Source: an uncultured Lentisphaeria bacterium (GTDB lineage Bacteria; Fidelibacterota; UBA8477; JABMPR01). From it: a DNA stretch of 64,000 bases. Positions 9,755 to 18,902 of the stretch are shown piece by piece; position 1 is the stretch's first letter, and every line of letters begins with the position of its first letter. The translations under genes were made by a program, and so were the position numbers. The stretch spans positions 66,670 through 130,669 of the forward strand of contig CAZOBQ010000001.1 in NCBI GenBank assembly GCA_964578155.1, given 5' to 3'. The notes below the pieces were generated by a model. It was not told the origin of the DNA. It searched no databases and saw only the letters and a list, made by a program, of their open reading frames with translations.

Positions 9755-10417
9755 CTACACCCTCGCAATTGCTCGATTAATAAAGTGAATAAAGGGTGCT
9801 TGAACTTTTAAAATATCTGTAACGGAGTCAGCTATATTTCCTGAAGACCAGAACGTGTCATCAACCTGACGAGTAACCACATAGTGTTTATTCCTGAGAA
9901 GGTCAATCTCAGGCCAATCCTTAGGAAAATCACGAGGAGCCGTTTTTAGCTTCTCTCCATAAATCTCTGGAAAGGTTTTTTTGAATGCTGGTTTATTGAT
10001 GATGCCCTGATACTCTATTGTATGTTCAAAGATCTCTTTCCTGATAGCTTTTAGATAAGGTGCTTGGGGCATATAGGCTCCACCACCTACAAATGAGTTC
10101 CCTGGCTCCAAATGGACGTAGTACCCACCAAATTGACTTTTACGGCCACCTCGGGCTATAAAAGCCCCAAAATTGGTTTTATAGGGTGATTTATCTTTGG
10201 CGAAACGCACATCACGAAAAATCCTGAAAAGACATTCTTTGGCATGAAACACATCTACTTCTGGGTCTATCTCTTTAACCAGAGGGATCAGAATGTTTAT
10301 AAATGTTTCAAACTCTAATTTGGCTTCGTTATATAGTTCTTTATTTCCATGGAACCATTCACGCTCATTATTTTTAGAAAGTTTATCGAGAAAACTTAGC
10401 GAAGCTTTCAAATCCAT
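9755..10417 (-). CDS. DUF2461 (TIGR02453) family protein
   Basis: FLDKLSKNNEREWFHGNKELY and RIFRDVRFAKDKSPYKT are characteristic of this family. Confidence 0.75.
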   Translation of the reverse strand: MDLKASLSFLDKLSKNNEREWFHGNKELYNEAKLEFETFINILIPLVKEIDPEVDVFHAKECLFRIFRDVRFAKDKSPYKTNFGAFIARGGRKSQFGGYYVHLEPGNSFVGGGAYMPQAPYLKAIRKEIFEHTIEYQGIINKPAFKKTFPEIYGEKLKTAPRDFPKDWPEIDLLRNKHYVVTRQVDDTFWSSGNIADSVTDILKVQAPFIHFINRAIARV

Positions 10418-10428
10418 ACGATTGTGCC

Positions 10429-11187
10429 TTACTTTCTTCCCCGCGACTTGGTGTTGTTTTTCACGTAGATCAACTTGAACTTTCCTTTCGGACTTTCACG
10501 CTGATCAATATCGAATTCCTTAATCGATCGAATTAGAGGCGTTAGTTTTAAAAACCCATAATTCCTTGAGTCAAAATTGGGTTGCTTTTTCTGTAGCAAA
10601 TTTCCCACATCACCTAAAAAAGCCCAGCCGTCATCATCAGCCAGGTCAGAGATGGTGGATGAGATCAACTTGATCACCTTGGGTGTTATTTTGTCAATAT
10701 TAGACTTCTTTTTAGAAACACTCTCGTCAGACTCTGTATCATCTCCGGTTACAGCCTGATTTTTAAGGATTTCAATATAGATAAATTTATCGCAGGCAAC
10801 GATGAAAGGTTCCGGGGTTTTCTTCTCGCCGATACCAAACACTTTCATTCCTGCCTCTCTCAATCGGGTGGCAAGTCGCGTGAAATCACTATCGCTGGAA
10901 ACCAGGCAAAATCCATTCACCTTTTCTGAATACAGAATATCCATGGCGTCTATGATCATAGCGGAATCTGTAGCATTTTTACCTGTGGTATATCCATACT
11001 GCTGAATAGGAGTGATGGCGTTTTCCAGGAGTACTTTCTTCCATTTTGTCAAATGCGGATTGGTCCAATCCCCATAAATTCGTTTTATGGTTGGATTGCC
11101 ATATTTGGCTATCTCTTCCATCATTTCTTTCACATAAGCAGAAGGAATGTTGTCACCATCAATTAATACTGCGAGATTTAGATCCAT
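10429..11187 (-). CDS. NYN (PIN-like) nuclease domain fused to OST-HTH/LOTUS domain
   Basis: N-terminus AVLIDGDNIP...IKRIYGDW...TGKNATDSAMIIDAMD...CLVSSDSDFTRLATRLREAGMKVFGIG matches the limkain-b1-type NYN domain. C-terminus GWAFLGDVGNLLQKKQPNFDSRNYGFLKL matches OST-HTH. Confidence 0.75.
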   Translation of the reverse strand: MDLNLAVLIDGDNIPSAYVKEMMEEIAKYGNPTIKRIYGDWTNPHLTKWKKVLLENAITPIQQYGYTTGKNATDSAMIIDAMDILYSEKVNGFCLVSSDSDFTRLATRLREAGMKVFGIGEKKTPEPFIVACDKFIYIEILKNQAVTGDDTESDESVSKKKSNIDKITPKVIKLISSTISDLADDDGWAFLGDVGNLLQKKQPNFDSRNYGFLKLTPLIRSIKEFDIDQRESPKGKFKLIYVKNNTKSRGRK

Positions 11188-11273
11188 GTTTCTGTTCCTT
11201 CTCTTTTGCTAAAGCTGATAATTTATTGTTGTTGAGCGTTGAATATATGGATTATCAACTGGTAATATTAGGT

Positions 11274-12035
11274 TTAAAATCTCAGAGATAAACAACTCAG
11301 ACCACCATCAAGTTTTTGAAACTCAGAAACGTTTATTTCGATAACAGCATAGCCTACCCTGCTAAACGTGTCTCTTGTCTTCGGAAAACCGGCAGGAATA
11401 AGAACTTGGTTATTGACCCAAATACAATTGGCGGCGTAACCCTCATCTTCTGTAATTTCTAAAATATTGAATTCTTGGAATTCTGGCGCTTTTATAAATT
11501 CTCCGCTAGCAGCCAAATTGTTATTCTCCAGATAGGCTACTCCTGTTTTCAGATGTAATCCCTGGTTCAGCTTTATGGTTGATCCAGTCATGCCGTAGCT
11601 TTGGAGAATCTCTATCATTTGATTGGATCCAGCACTATTGGTTCGCTCAGATAAGCCTATATAATAATGTGATCCGACCATCATTATATCACCGGCATCA
11701 ACAGTTCCTGGAGAAAGGATTTGCTCCACGCTTGAAAACAAACCCAGGATTACTTCCCTCATTTCTGCCGTTTCGCCTCTACGTGATATTGCTCCAGGAT
11801 TTGTAATAATAGCACAACGAGGAGTTATCAGGGCAACATCCTCCACAAAAGTTGAGTCTGGAAAATTTTCATCTGCCTGCAGCTCTATTATCTCCAGGCC
11901 ACAGTTTTCCAAGGTTGTGACATAATTTTTGTGCTGTTTCAGCGCCAGGTTATAATCTGGCTTTCCAAGCCCTGCAGTTGTTAAGCCGTTGATCATGCTT
12001 TCTGATGGTTTTTTCACGATTGCTCTTGAAAACAT
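11274..12035 (-). CDS. Dimethylarginine dimethylaminohydrolase-like amidinotransferase superfamily enzyme
   Basis: 253 aa with N-terminus AIVKKPSESMINGLTT, DSTFVEDVALI and a C-terminal catalytic-Cys motif DGGLSCLSLRF. Confidence 0.7.
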   Translation of the reverse strand: MFSRAIVKKPSESMINGLTTAGLGKPDYNLALKQHKNYVTTLENCGLEIIELQADENFPDSTFVEDVALITPRCAIITNPGAISRRGETAEMREVILGLFSSVEQILSPGTVDAGDIMMVGSHYYIGLSERTNSAGSNQMIEILQSYGMTGSTIKLNQGLHLKTGVAYLENNNLAASGEFIKAPEFQEFNILEITEDEGYAANCIWVNNQVLIPAGFPKTRDTFSRVGYAVIEINVSEFQKLDGGLSCLSLRF

Positions 12036-12183
12036 TCTAACAAACTCCTTTTTATAAACACCTGTGACCTGAATCTAATGCTGTGGACTGTTAATGCAAA
12101 ATATGTGGGCTCTATTTTAATTTTTCTTTTGGTCTTGGGCTTAAAGGTGCATCTTTAATGATAATTAAAACTGGAATGTAATT

Positions 12184-13035
12184 ATGAAATTACTCTCATA
12201 TGGATTAGACCCTCGCATGGAACCCCGTCTCGCATTTCTACTTCGAGATCAAGCTGTGGATGTTATGCGGGCCTCGCTTTGGATGAAAAAAGACCGAGGA
12301 GCCCAAGACTTTCTGAACCTGGCCTCTTCTATGAAATTGGCGCTTGAAAGCTGGGATAGATCTCTGTCTCTGTTAACAAATTTGCATAGTGCTTTCAATT
12401 CTCTGGATTTTGAGAAGTTAAGCGTTCACGATCGAACACTGAGCCTGCCTATCTCGGATATTGTTATGTTTGCTCCGGTTCCTGATCCACCAAACCTAAG
12501 ATACTTCAATGCCTTTAATGAAGAATGGCCTCTTGAATTTACTTTTGGCAATACCCAAACTTTATTTGGTCATAACACTCCGTTAAATCACTCAGGTCTT
12601 AAACCCCAGGGGGAAATAGCAGCAATAATAGCTGCCAATGGAGAGCGTGGTCAGACAGAGCTCGCCGGATATTGTGTGGCAAACAATTGGTGTGAGGCTC
12701 AATCGTCTGCCCATGACGGACTCTCCAAAGGGAAAGCAACGTCACTCGGACCCTGGCTGGTGACCGCCGATGAGTTAGAATCCCATAAGTTGGGAGGTGG
12801 CTATAATTTGGACATGCAGATCCGTGTGAATGGACTGATGGAAGGAGAAGGTCATTTTAAACAGATGGCTACTCAATTTAGTAAGGTGATTGAAACAGCT
12901 TCGCCCACTCGAGTTCAAGCTGGTGACATTTTTTGTTCAGGAAGTCCCCTTGACCTAAATCCTCCTCTAAAATCAGGAGATCAAGTTGAGGTCGAGATCC
13001 AGGCTTTAGGGGTTCTATCAACAGTCATTGGATAA
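12184..13035 (+). CDS. Fumarylacetoacetate hydrolase (FAH) family protein
   Basis: C-terminal half LGPWLVTADEL...VNG...M...AGDIFCSGSP...LKSGDQVEVEIQALGVL matches the FAH fold pattern. Confidence 0.6.
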   Translation: MKLLSYGLDPRMEPRLAFLLRDQAVDVMRASLWMKKDRGAQDFLNLASSMKLALESWDRSLSLLTNLHSAFNSLDFEKLSVHDRTLSLPISDIVMFAPVPDPPNLRYFNAFNEEWPLEFTFGNTQTLFGHNTPLNHSGLKPQGEIAAIIAANGERGQTELAGYCVANNWCEAQSSAHDGLSKGKATSLGPWLVTADELESHKLGGGYNLDMQIRVNGLMEGEGHFKQMATQFSKVIETASPTRVQAGDIFCSGSPLDLNPPLKSGDQVEVEIQALGVLSTVIG

Positions 13036-13038
13036 AGG

Positions 13039-13458
13039 ATGAACGAACTCGCTCCCATAAGCATTCCTGAAAACGAGATTGAATTAAAAGCAATTCGAGC
13101 TGGTGGTCCAGGTGGTCAAAATGTGAATAAGGTAGCCAGCGCCATTCAACTTCGTTTTGATAGTCAAAACTCAAGCTTACCTGAAGAGATTAAGATCCGC
13201 CTGCTTAAAATACGAGATCAACGCATTTCGGCTGATGGGGTAATCACCATCACAGCCCGACAATATCGTAATCAGGAAGCCAATCGACTGGCAGCGCTTG
13301 AGCGATTAGACAAGATTATACAAAAGGCACAAATACTGCCCAAAAAGCGAAAAACCACCAGACCAACCCGCGCCTCTGTGAGCAGACGCCTTGAGACTAA
13401 ATCAAAACGGAGCCAACAGAAGAAGCTGCGTGGGAAAATTGACTCAAGTCATGATTAA
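13039..13458 (+). CDS. arfB: Peptidyl-tRNA hydrolase ArfB (ribosome rescue factor B)
   Basis: 139 aa with the GGQ motif in RAGGPGGQNVNKV and a basic C-terminal tail (KKRKTTRPTRASVSRRLETKSKRSQQKKLR). Confidence 0.9.
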   Translation: MNELAPISIPENEIELKAIRAGGPGGQNVNKVASAIQLRFDSQNSSLPEEIKIRLLKIRDQRISADGVITITARQYRNQEANRLAALERLDKIIQKAQILPKKRKTTRPTRASVSRRLETKSKRSQQKKLRGKIDSSHD

Positions 13459-13496
13459 AGACAAAGAAACCATTATTTTGTTGAGTGGAGAATAGG

Positions 13497-13706
13497 ATGA
13501 TCAGCAAGCCTGAGCAGAAGAAAAAACGTCGGCCAGCCAACATGATCGGAGCTGGATTCATTATTGGTGCAGGAGTCGGTGTAGCAATCGATAATATTGG
13601 TCTCGGGATCGGTGTTGGGATTATAATTGGGGCTGCTTTAAGTCGTAAACAGCGACTCGAAAACAAATCCATTGATGATGATACATCTTCAAGTACGGAG
13701 AATTGA
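13497..13706 (+). CDS. Small glycine-zipper membrane protein
   Basis: GGAG lies 6 nt upstream of the ATG at 13497. Basic N-terminus followed by GAGFIIGAGVGVAIDNIGLGIGVGIIIGAAL. Paralogous to the core of the 22563..22952 protein. Confidence 0.4.
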   Translation: MISKPEQKKKRRPANMIGAGFIIGAGVGVAIDNIGLGIGVGIIIGAALSRKQRLENKSIDDDTSSSTEN

Positions 13707-13709
13707 ACC

Positions 13710-14501
13710 ATGCCTCTTAAACCAGTAAACAATATCAACATGTATTATGAGGTTCTTGGTCACGGAGAGCCACTCTTGTTTATTCATGGGCTTGGATCCA
13801 GCACCCGGGACTGGGAAAATCAGATTGATTTCTTTTCTAAGAACTATCAGGTTATCCTGGTAGATGTCCGTGGACATGGGCAGACAGATAAGCCACCCGG
13901 TTCCTATAGTATCTCAATGTTTGCAAATGATATTGCCGGATTATTGGATCAACTTGAACTACCCTCTGTGCATGTTGTGGGCATTTCCATGGGAGGCATG
14001 ATCGCTTTTCAGCTAGCTGTTGACCGTCCGAATCTCCTTAAAAGTCTGATAGTCGTTAATAGTAAACCTGAGTTTCTCCTTCGCACTCTGGGCGATAAGG
14101 TCAAAGCTTGGCAACGTTTTACCATTCTACGATTATTAGGAATGCGAACTGTTGGGAGGGTGATCAGTAAACGACTTTTTATCAAACCAGAACAGGAGAA
14201 TCTAAGAGCTGATTTTGTTGCACGCTGGGCTGAAAATGACCCAAAGGCTTACATGAATTCTATGAAAGCTATTATTGGCTGGAGCGTGCAAGATCAACTT
14301 GATAGAATTGAGTGTCCCGCTCTGGTGCTTACCTCAGATGAAGACTATTCTCCCGTCTCTGATAAACAGGCTATTGTAGACAGATTAAAGCATGCAGAAC
14401 TGGTTGTGATTGAGGAAGCTCATCATGCCCTGCCGGTTGAAAAGCCAGAGGCTTTTAATCAGGCTTTGAAAGCCTTTCTCGCTAATCTATTTCAACAATA
14501 A
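13710..14501 (+). CDS. Alpha/beta-fold hydrolase
   Basis: HG oxyanion motif (LLFIHGLGSS), nucleophile elbow GISMGG and a C-terminal His (EEAHHAL). Confidence 0.8.
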   Translation: MPLKPVNNINMYYEVLGHGEPLLFIHGLGSSTRDWENQIDFFSKNYQVILVDVRGHGQTDKPPGSYSISMFANDIAGLLDQLELPSVHVVGISMGGMIAFQLAVDRPNLLKSLIVVNSKPEFLLRTLGDKVKAWQRFTILRLLGMRTVGRVISKRLFIKPEQENLRADFVARWAENDPKAYMNSMKAIIGWSVQDQLDRIECPALVLTSDEDYSPVSDKQAIVDRLKHAELVVIEEAHHALPVEKPEAFNQALKAFLANLFQQ

Positions 14502-17500
14502 TATCTTCCGCGTTGCCATATATTCCCTGGTTCGCATTTGTACCACAAAAACGCCGCTTCCCAAAGCCAAACCCCTTGAATCCTGACCCCACCAGGTAAA
14601 TGAGTATTTTCCAGAATTTAGATGGTTTTCTGTGGAAGACCAGACTTCACGGCCACGAAGATCAAAGATTTTGATGGTAACCTCAGAAGCAGACGGAATC
14701 TCATAAGAAATGGTTGTGCTGGGGTTAAATGGATTTGGGTGGTTCTGATAAAGACTGTACTCGTAAGGGGTTTGTATCTCTGGCCTCACACTAACCAAAT
14801 AAGGTGACTCTAAAGCACCTATATCAGGGGCATCTCCAGTGAAATCATCGATCGTCAGGTTTAATAATGTATCTCCATCCAATTCAAAAAAGGCAGTACC
14901 AGCATTAATGCCTGGTGAGGAGGATGATAGATGATAACTGAATGGTTCACCACCAACGAATTGAGGATCCGCATCAATAGTTTGCCCAAACCACTGTGAA
15001 AATCCAAGGACACTGGCCTCGCCGCGTTCTATCAAGGTATTTACCAAAATAATCTGACCAGCACCTGCATAGATTGGAATTAATCCATTCTCCCAAACCA
15101 ATGAGTTTATAAAAACAGGATAGGAAGGTGAGTTAAAGACTGTGACTCCCGTCGCTCCAGCATCTGATGAATTGGCTACAAAGGAACAATTTATAAATAC
15201 AGGGCTAGACTCTTGTTGTTCAAGTACGCCAGCTGCCACGACACTCCGATTCTGTAGAAAGAGTATGCTCTGAAAGACAGGGGCTGAGTTTATACATGAA
15301 ATTGCACCTCCACGGCTTTCATAGCCATTGCGAATGGTTAAACTCTCTACTTTGAACTCACTGATTTCATCCAGGGCAATTAGGCGGGAAAGGCTATCCC
15401 CGTCCAAAATGGTGTTCTCAACAGATTCTCCTGTTATTGAAACATTATTTTTTCCTACAAGGGGGAATATTTCATTTGTAAGTGTTGGACTATAAACGCC
15501 ATCGGCAAGATAGATTTTTCGGGGATTTTCAGCATTGGCATAAATCAAATCCAGAGCAAGAGAAAGTGTTTGAAGAGGGTCTTCTGATGAAGTTCCACTA
15601 TTTTCATTATTACCTTCAGGTGAAACATAGATGTCGTGGGCTATCTGGGGAACAATGCCATTTAATATATCAAAGGAGAATTTTTCAAGAGGAGCGGCTG
15701 TTTCCAAGGTTGGATATTTTTGCGTACAGGTATCCAAAATAACATTTACGACCTCATTAAACTGGTAGCTAGCTATGTCTTGGCCGATCCCATCCCCAGT
15801 TTCATTTAAGTAAATATTACAGCGCTTGACCGGGTCAAAGACAACATGAGTTGAGCTTCCAAGGTAAAGTCCTCCGCCAGAATTATAACGAATGGTGACA
15901 CCAGAGAGTGAGAGATTTGTACCCAAAAGATAGATGCCGGCACCTCTATCAGCATTGTTCTTTTCTATAAGAAGGTCATTAAGTTCTAAACTTGAATAAT
16001 AGCTATAGATGGCCCGATCGGTGGCTCGCTTCAAAGAGAGATCATTGATTGATACATCGGAATGATCATAAATGCGAATCAGCGACGTGAGCTGTTCACC
16101 ATCCAGGTTTGTATTCTCAGAAGACTGACCAGTCATACTTAAACCATCACGCAAATAAAGCGGAAAACGCTCCTCATTGCTTGATGAACTGTATGTTCCC
16201 TCTGCCAAATGAATAGTGTGCTGATTCTCACTAGAACTAATGATGCTTTTGAGGGCGTGAGTAATTGTTTTTAGGGGTTCAATACTAGTCAACCCTGTGT
16301 TTCCATCATCTCCTGCAGGTGAAACATAAAGATCTGCATCGTATTGTGGAAACACATTATTTACTGAGCTTACAGCAAATGATCCTGATGGATAAGCAAA
16401 GTAATCTGACGGATCAGCAACCGTAAAAGTATCTACAGAGAAAGCATAAGTTGAACCACCCAAAAAACTAAAATTTGTAGCCAGGTCATTCCCAGAGATC
16501 ACCGCCTGATTTGAGTAGATATTAGAGAGGTCTGTTGCGTAAAACTCCAACTGACAATCCTGGTAAAGATATATGCCACCACCTCTTCGAGAGGCTTGGT
16601 TGTCATGAATTGAAACTCCCTTAAAAATGAGTTTCGAATTCGTAGCATATATACCTCCTCCACTGCTGGCCTGGTTTCCCGTAAGGACGACATCATTCAG
16701 AGTCAGGGACGCATTATTAACACTTAAACCTCCTCCTTTATCGTCAGGATAAAAAGGAGCCTTGCTGTTTCGAATAGTCAAACCACTAATTCTTACACTA
16801 TCACCTGAAACACTTATCCCCCTTGATCCACCCTCTGGATCAAGAATTGTCAACAGGGAGCCAACACCCTGTATTGTCAGGTAATTGTCAATAGTTATAG
16901 GATAGTGTTCATTAGAATTAGAAAGGCTATAGATACCCACTGCCAAATGAATGGTGTGGGGATGGAGGACATTATGTAAAATTCTATTCTTGGCAGCCTG
17001 AATGGTTTGCAGGGGCTCACCTGCAGTTAAACCGCTATTATCATCACTTCCAGTAGGGTTCACATAGAGATCTGCATCAACCAATACCCGACCTGAGATG
17101 GTGGCTGGCACGCTGGTTCTAGTTAAGAATTCACTGCTGTAAAGGGGGATACCACCATTGGTATTACCATCATCAAAGCTGACAATGTAATAGTAGTAGT
17201 TTTCACCAATATTGACATCCGAATCCTCATAGCTGTTAACAATTGCCGAGTGTGCCGTATTGATACCGCAAGCGAAGATCTCTTCATAAAAACCAAATTG
17301 ATCACCTGCACAGCGAAAGAGACGATATCCGGCAAAACCCGGGTAACTTGCTGCATTATCATCCCAAGCCAAATCGACCCTAACACCACTGCTGAAAACC
17401 TGGAAGCTTTCAGGGGGAGGAGGAGCTAGTGGTATATCATAATCGGAATTGAATGTCTCCAAAGCTCGTTGGAAGGTCTGCATGAGCGAATCAACACCGG

Positions 17501-18830
17501 TAAAAACCCAGGCATTCTTATACTCATCTGCATTTGCTGCTGTAGAGCCATCGGGAAGGATATATGGGGCAGAGCCATATAGCCAGTTGCCGCCAATACT
17601 ATAAGCTAGCCCTCGACTAAGCCCTGCAGCTCCTTCTGCAAAGACCAGGTGAATACTGTCTCCCGGAGCCAAAGTATAGGGTCCATAGCCCTGGGTTTGA
17701 GAATACCCTCCCGGATCATTTCCCCAGGCATCAGCAAAGCCACTACCCACTTCTTCGGCATGGGAAAGGGGTGGGTGACCCGATGACATATGTTCATATT
17801 GAGCCTGCATTTTGACGGGATTAAACTGGTCTATATTATAAGTAATTTCTGAATCAGACCCAAGAAACCAGGTCGTAGAGGGTTGGGCAAGGGCATCTGT
17901 TTGATCGTTAGGGGATGTATCAGCGTGCAGGGTAACACCACCCACAAACTGACGTGCACTTAAATGACCATCACCATTCGTACCATAGTATGGACCACCA
18001 ATATTATTATGACCATTTATTGATTGTGAGTGTAACCCATGCCATGAATAGTAAGCTCGAAAGGGGTCGTCTGGAAAAGAACCTTCACCAATTACTTCAT
18101 TCATTGTATTCCGCCCCCAGCCTGCATTCTGGGGCATCCAATAATCACCTGACCCCCAGGCAGCTCCTTCACGGTTCACGGCATTGCGGTATATCCAAGA
18201 GAACATGAGATCTGTTAAGGTCTGTGTTTCAACTGTTCCACTACCGGTAATGATACCTGTATTTTTAAAAACATAATCTGTGATCATGTAATTGTCATGT
18301 TGGGGATGGCTAAAAGCGTAAATTTTCCTGGTCATGCTCACACCAATCGATGTGTGAATTGTATTTACTAGCATATTATCAGCTGGTAGATCAGGATCGA
18401 TAAAGTCAGGGGTATTATCTATATGAACATCTAAGCTAGCGTTCTGACCATCAACGAAGACCTGGGGCGTGGCAAAACGGCTATAGCTGGTAAATTCAAC
18501 AGGGAGAACAGCCACAGGATCGACAGGACCACGGGGACCAATGGAAACAACCTTGTATGGGTAGGTTATACCTGCCAGTGGATCAGCATAATTACTACTG
18601 CCAATCCATAAAGCCTTAGATGCCTGACTATCCTGGAAATCATCCTGAGCTGGAAAACGGCGACCGTCTAGTTGTTCACTAACTTGGCCTGTCCGGCCGA
18701 CTTCAAGTTCACAACCAACTGAAGAATACCAGTTGTGTAGGGATCCAACAGCTACCCATTTTGAATCAAAGCCATTAGCCAATACGTAAAAGATAAAAAA
18801 TAGAAATAATGAACGATAAGCACGCTGCAT
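14487..18830 (-). CDS. Large secreted T9SS cargo: unknown ~570-aa N-domain, 3 tandem parallel beta-helix modules and a C-terminal sorting domain
   Basis: Signal peptide present. Three modules each open with D(A/I)DLYVSP.G.D.N.G...PL.TI. The C-terminus QNHPNPFNPSTTISYEIP...VTIKIFDLRGREV...GVFVVQM is typical of T9SS type A/FlgD-Ig-like sorting domains. Confidence 0.8.
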   Translation of the reverse strand: MQRAYRSLFLFFIFYVLANGFDSKWVAVGSLHNWYSSVGCELEVGRTGQVSEQLDGRRFPAQDDFQDSQASKALWIGSSNYADPLAGITYPYKVVSIGPRGPVDPVAVLPVEFTSYSRFATPQVFVDGQNASLDVHIDNTPDFIDPDLPADNMLVNTIHTSIGVSMTRKIYAFSHPQHDNYMITDYVFKNTGIITGSGTVETQTLTDLMFSWIYRNAVNREGAAWGSGDYWMPQNAGWGRNTMNEVIGEGSFPDDPFRAYYSWHGLHSQSINGHNNIGGPYYGTNGDGHLSARQFVGGVTLHADTSPNDQTDALAQPSTTWFLGSDSEITYNIDQFNPVKMQAQYEHMSSGHPPLSHAEEVGSGFADAWGNDPGGYSQTQGYGPYTLAPGDSIHLVFAEGAAGLSRGLAYSIGGNWLYGSAPYILPDGSTAANADEYKNAWVFTGVDSLMQTFQRALETFNSDYDIPLAPPPPESFQVFSSGVRVDLAWDDNAASYPGFAGYRLFRCAGDQFGFYEEIFACGINTAHSAIVNSYEDSDVNIGENYYYYIVSFDDGNTNGGIPLYSSEFLTRTSVPATISGRVLVDADLYVNPTGSDDNSGLTAGEPLQTIQAAKNRILHNVLHPHTIHLAVGIYSLSNSNEHYPITIDNYLTIQGVGSLLTILDPEGGSRGISVSGDSVRISGLTIRNSKAPFYPDDKGGGLSVNNASLTLNDVVLTGNQASSGGGIYATNSKLIFKGVSIHDNQASRRGGGIYLYQDCQLEFYATDLSNIYSNQAVISGNDLATNFSFLGGSTYAFSVDTFTVADPSDYFAYPSGSFAVSSVNNVFPQYDADLYVSPAGDDGNTGLTSIEPLKTITHALKSIISSSENQHTIHLAEGTYSSSSNEERFPLYLRDGLSMTGQSSENTNLDGEQLTSLIRIYDHSDVSINDLSLKRATDRAIYSYYSSLELNDLLIEKNNADRGAGIYLLGTNLSLSGVTIRYNSGGGLYLGSSTHVVFDPVKRCNIYLNETGDGIGQDIASYQFNEVVNVILDTCTQKYPTLETAAPLEKFSFDILNGIVPQIAHDIYVSPEGNNENSGTSSEDPLQTLSLALDLIYANAENPRKIYLADGVYSPTLTNEIFPLVGKNNVSITGESVENTILDGDSLSRLIALDEISEFKVESLTIRNGYESRGGAISCINSAPVFQSILFLQNRSVVAAGVLEQQESSPVFINCSFVANSSDAGATGVTVFNSPSYPVFINSLVWENGLIPIYAGAGQIILVNTLIERGEASVLGFSQWFGQTIDADPQFVGGEPFSYHLSSSSPGINAGTAFFELDGDTLLNLTIDDFTGDAPDIGALESPYLVSVRPEIQTPYEYSLYQNHPNPFNPSTTISYEIPSASEVTIKIFDLRGREVWSSTENHLNSGKYSFTWWGQDSRGLALGSGVFVVQMRTREYMATRKILLLK

Positions 18831-18902
18831 CTTATCCCCCTTTGTTGTTAAGTCATGTTAAGATAACCACTTAACAATAACTTATAAACCTAAATCAGGA
18901 TT

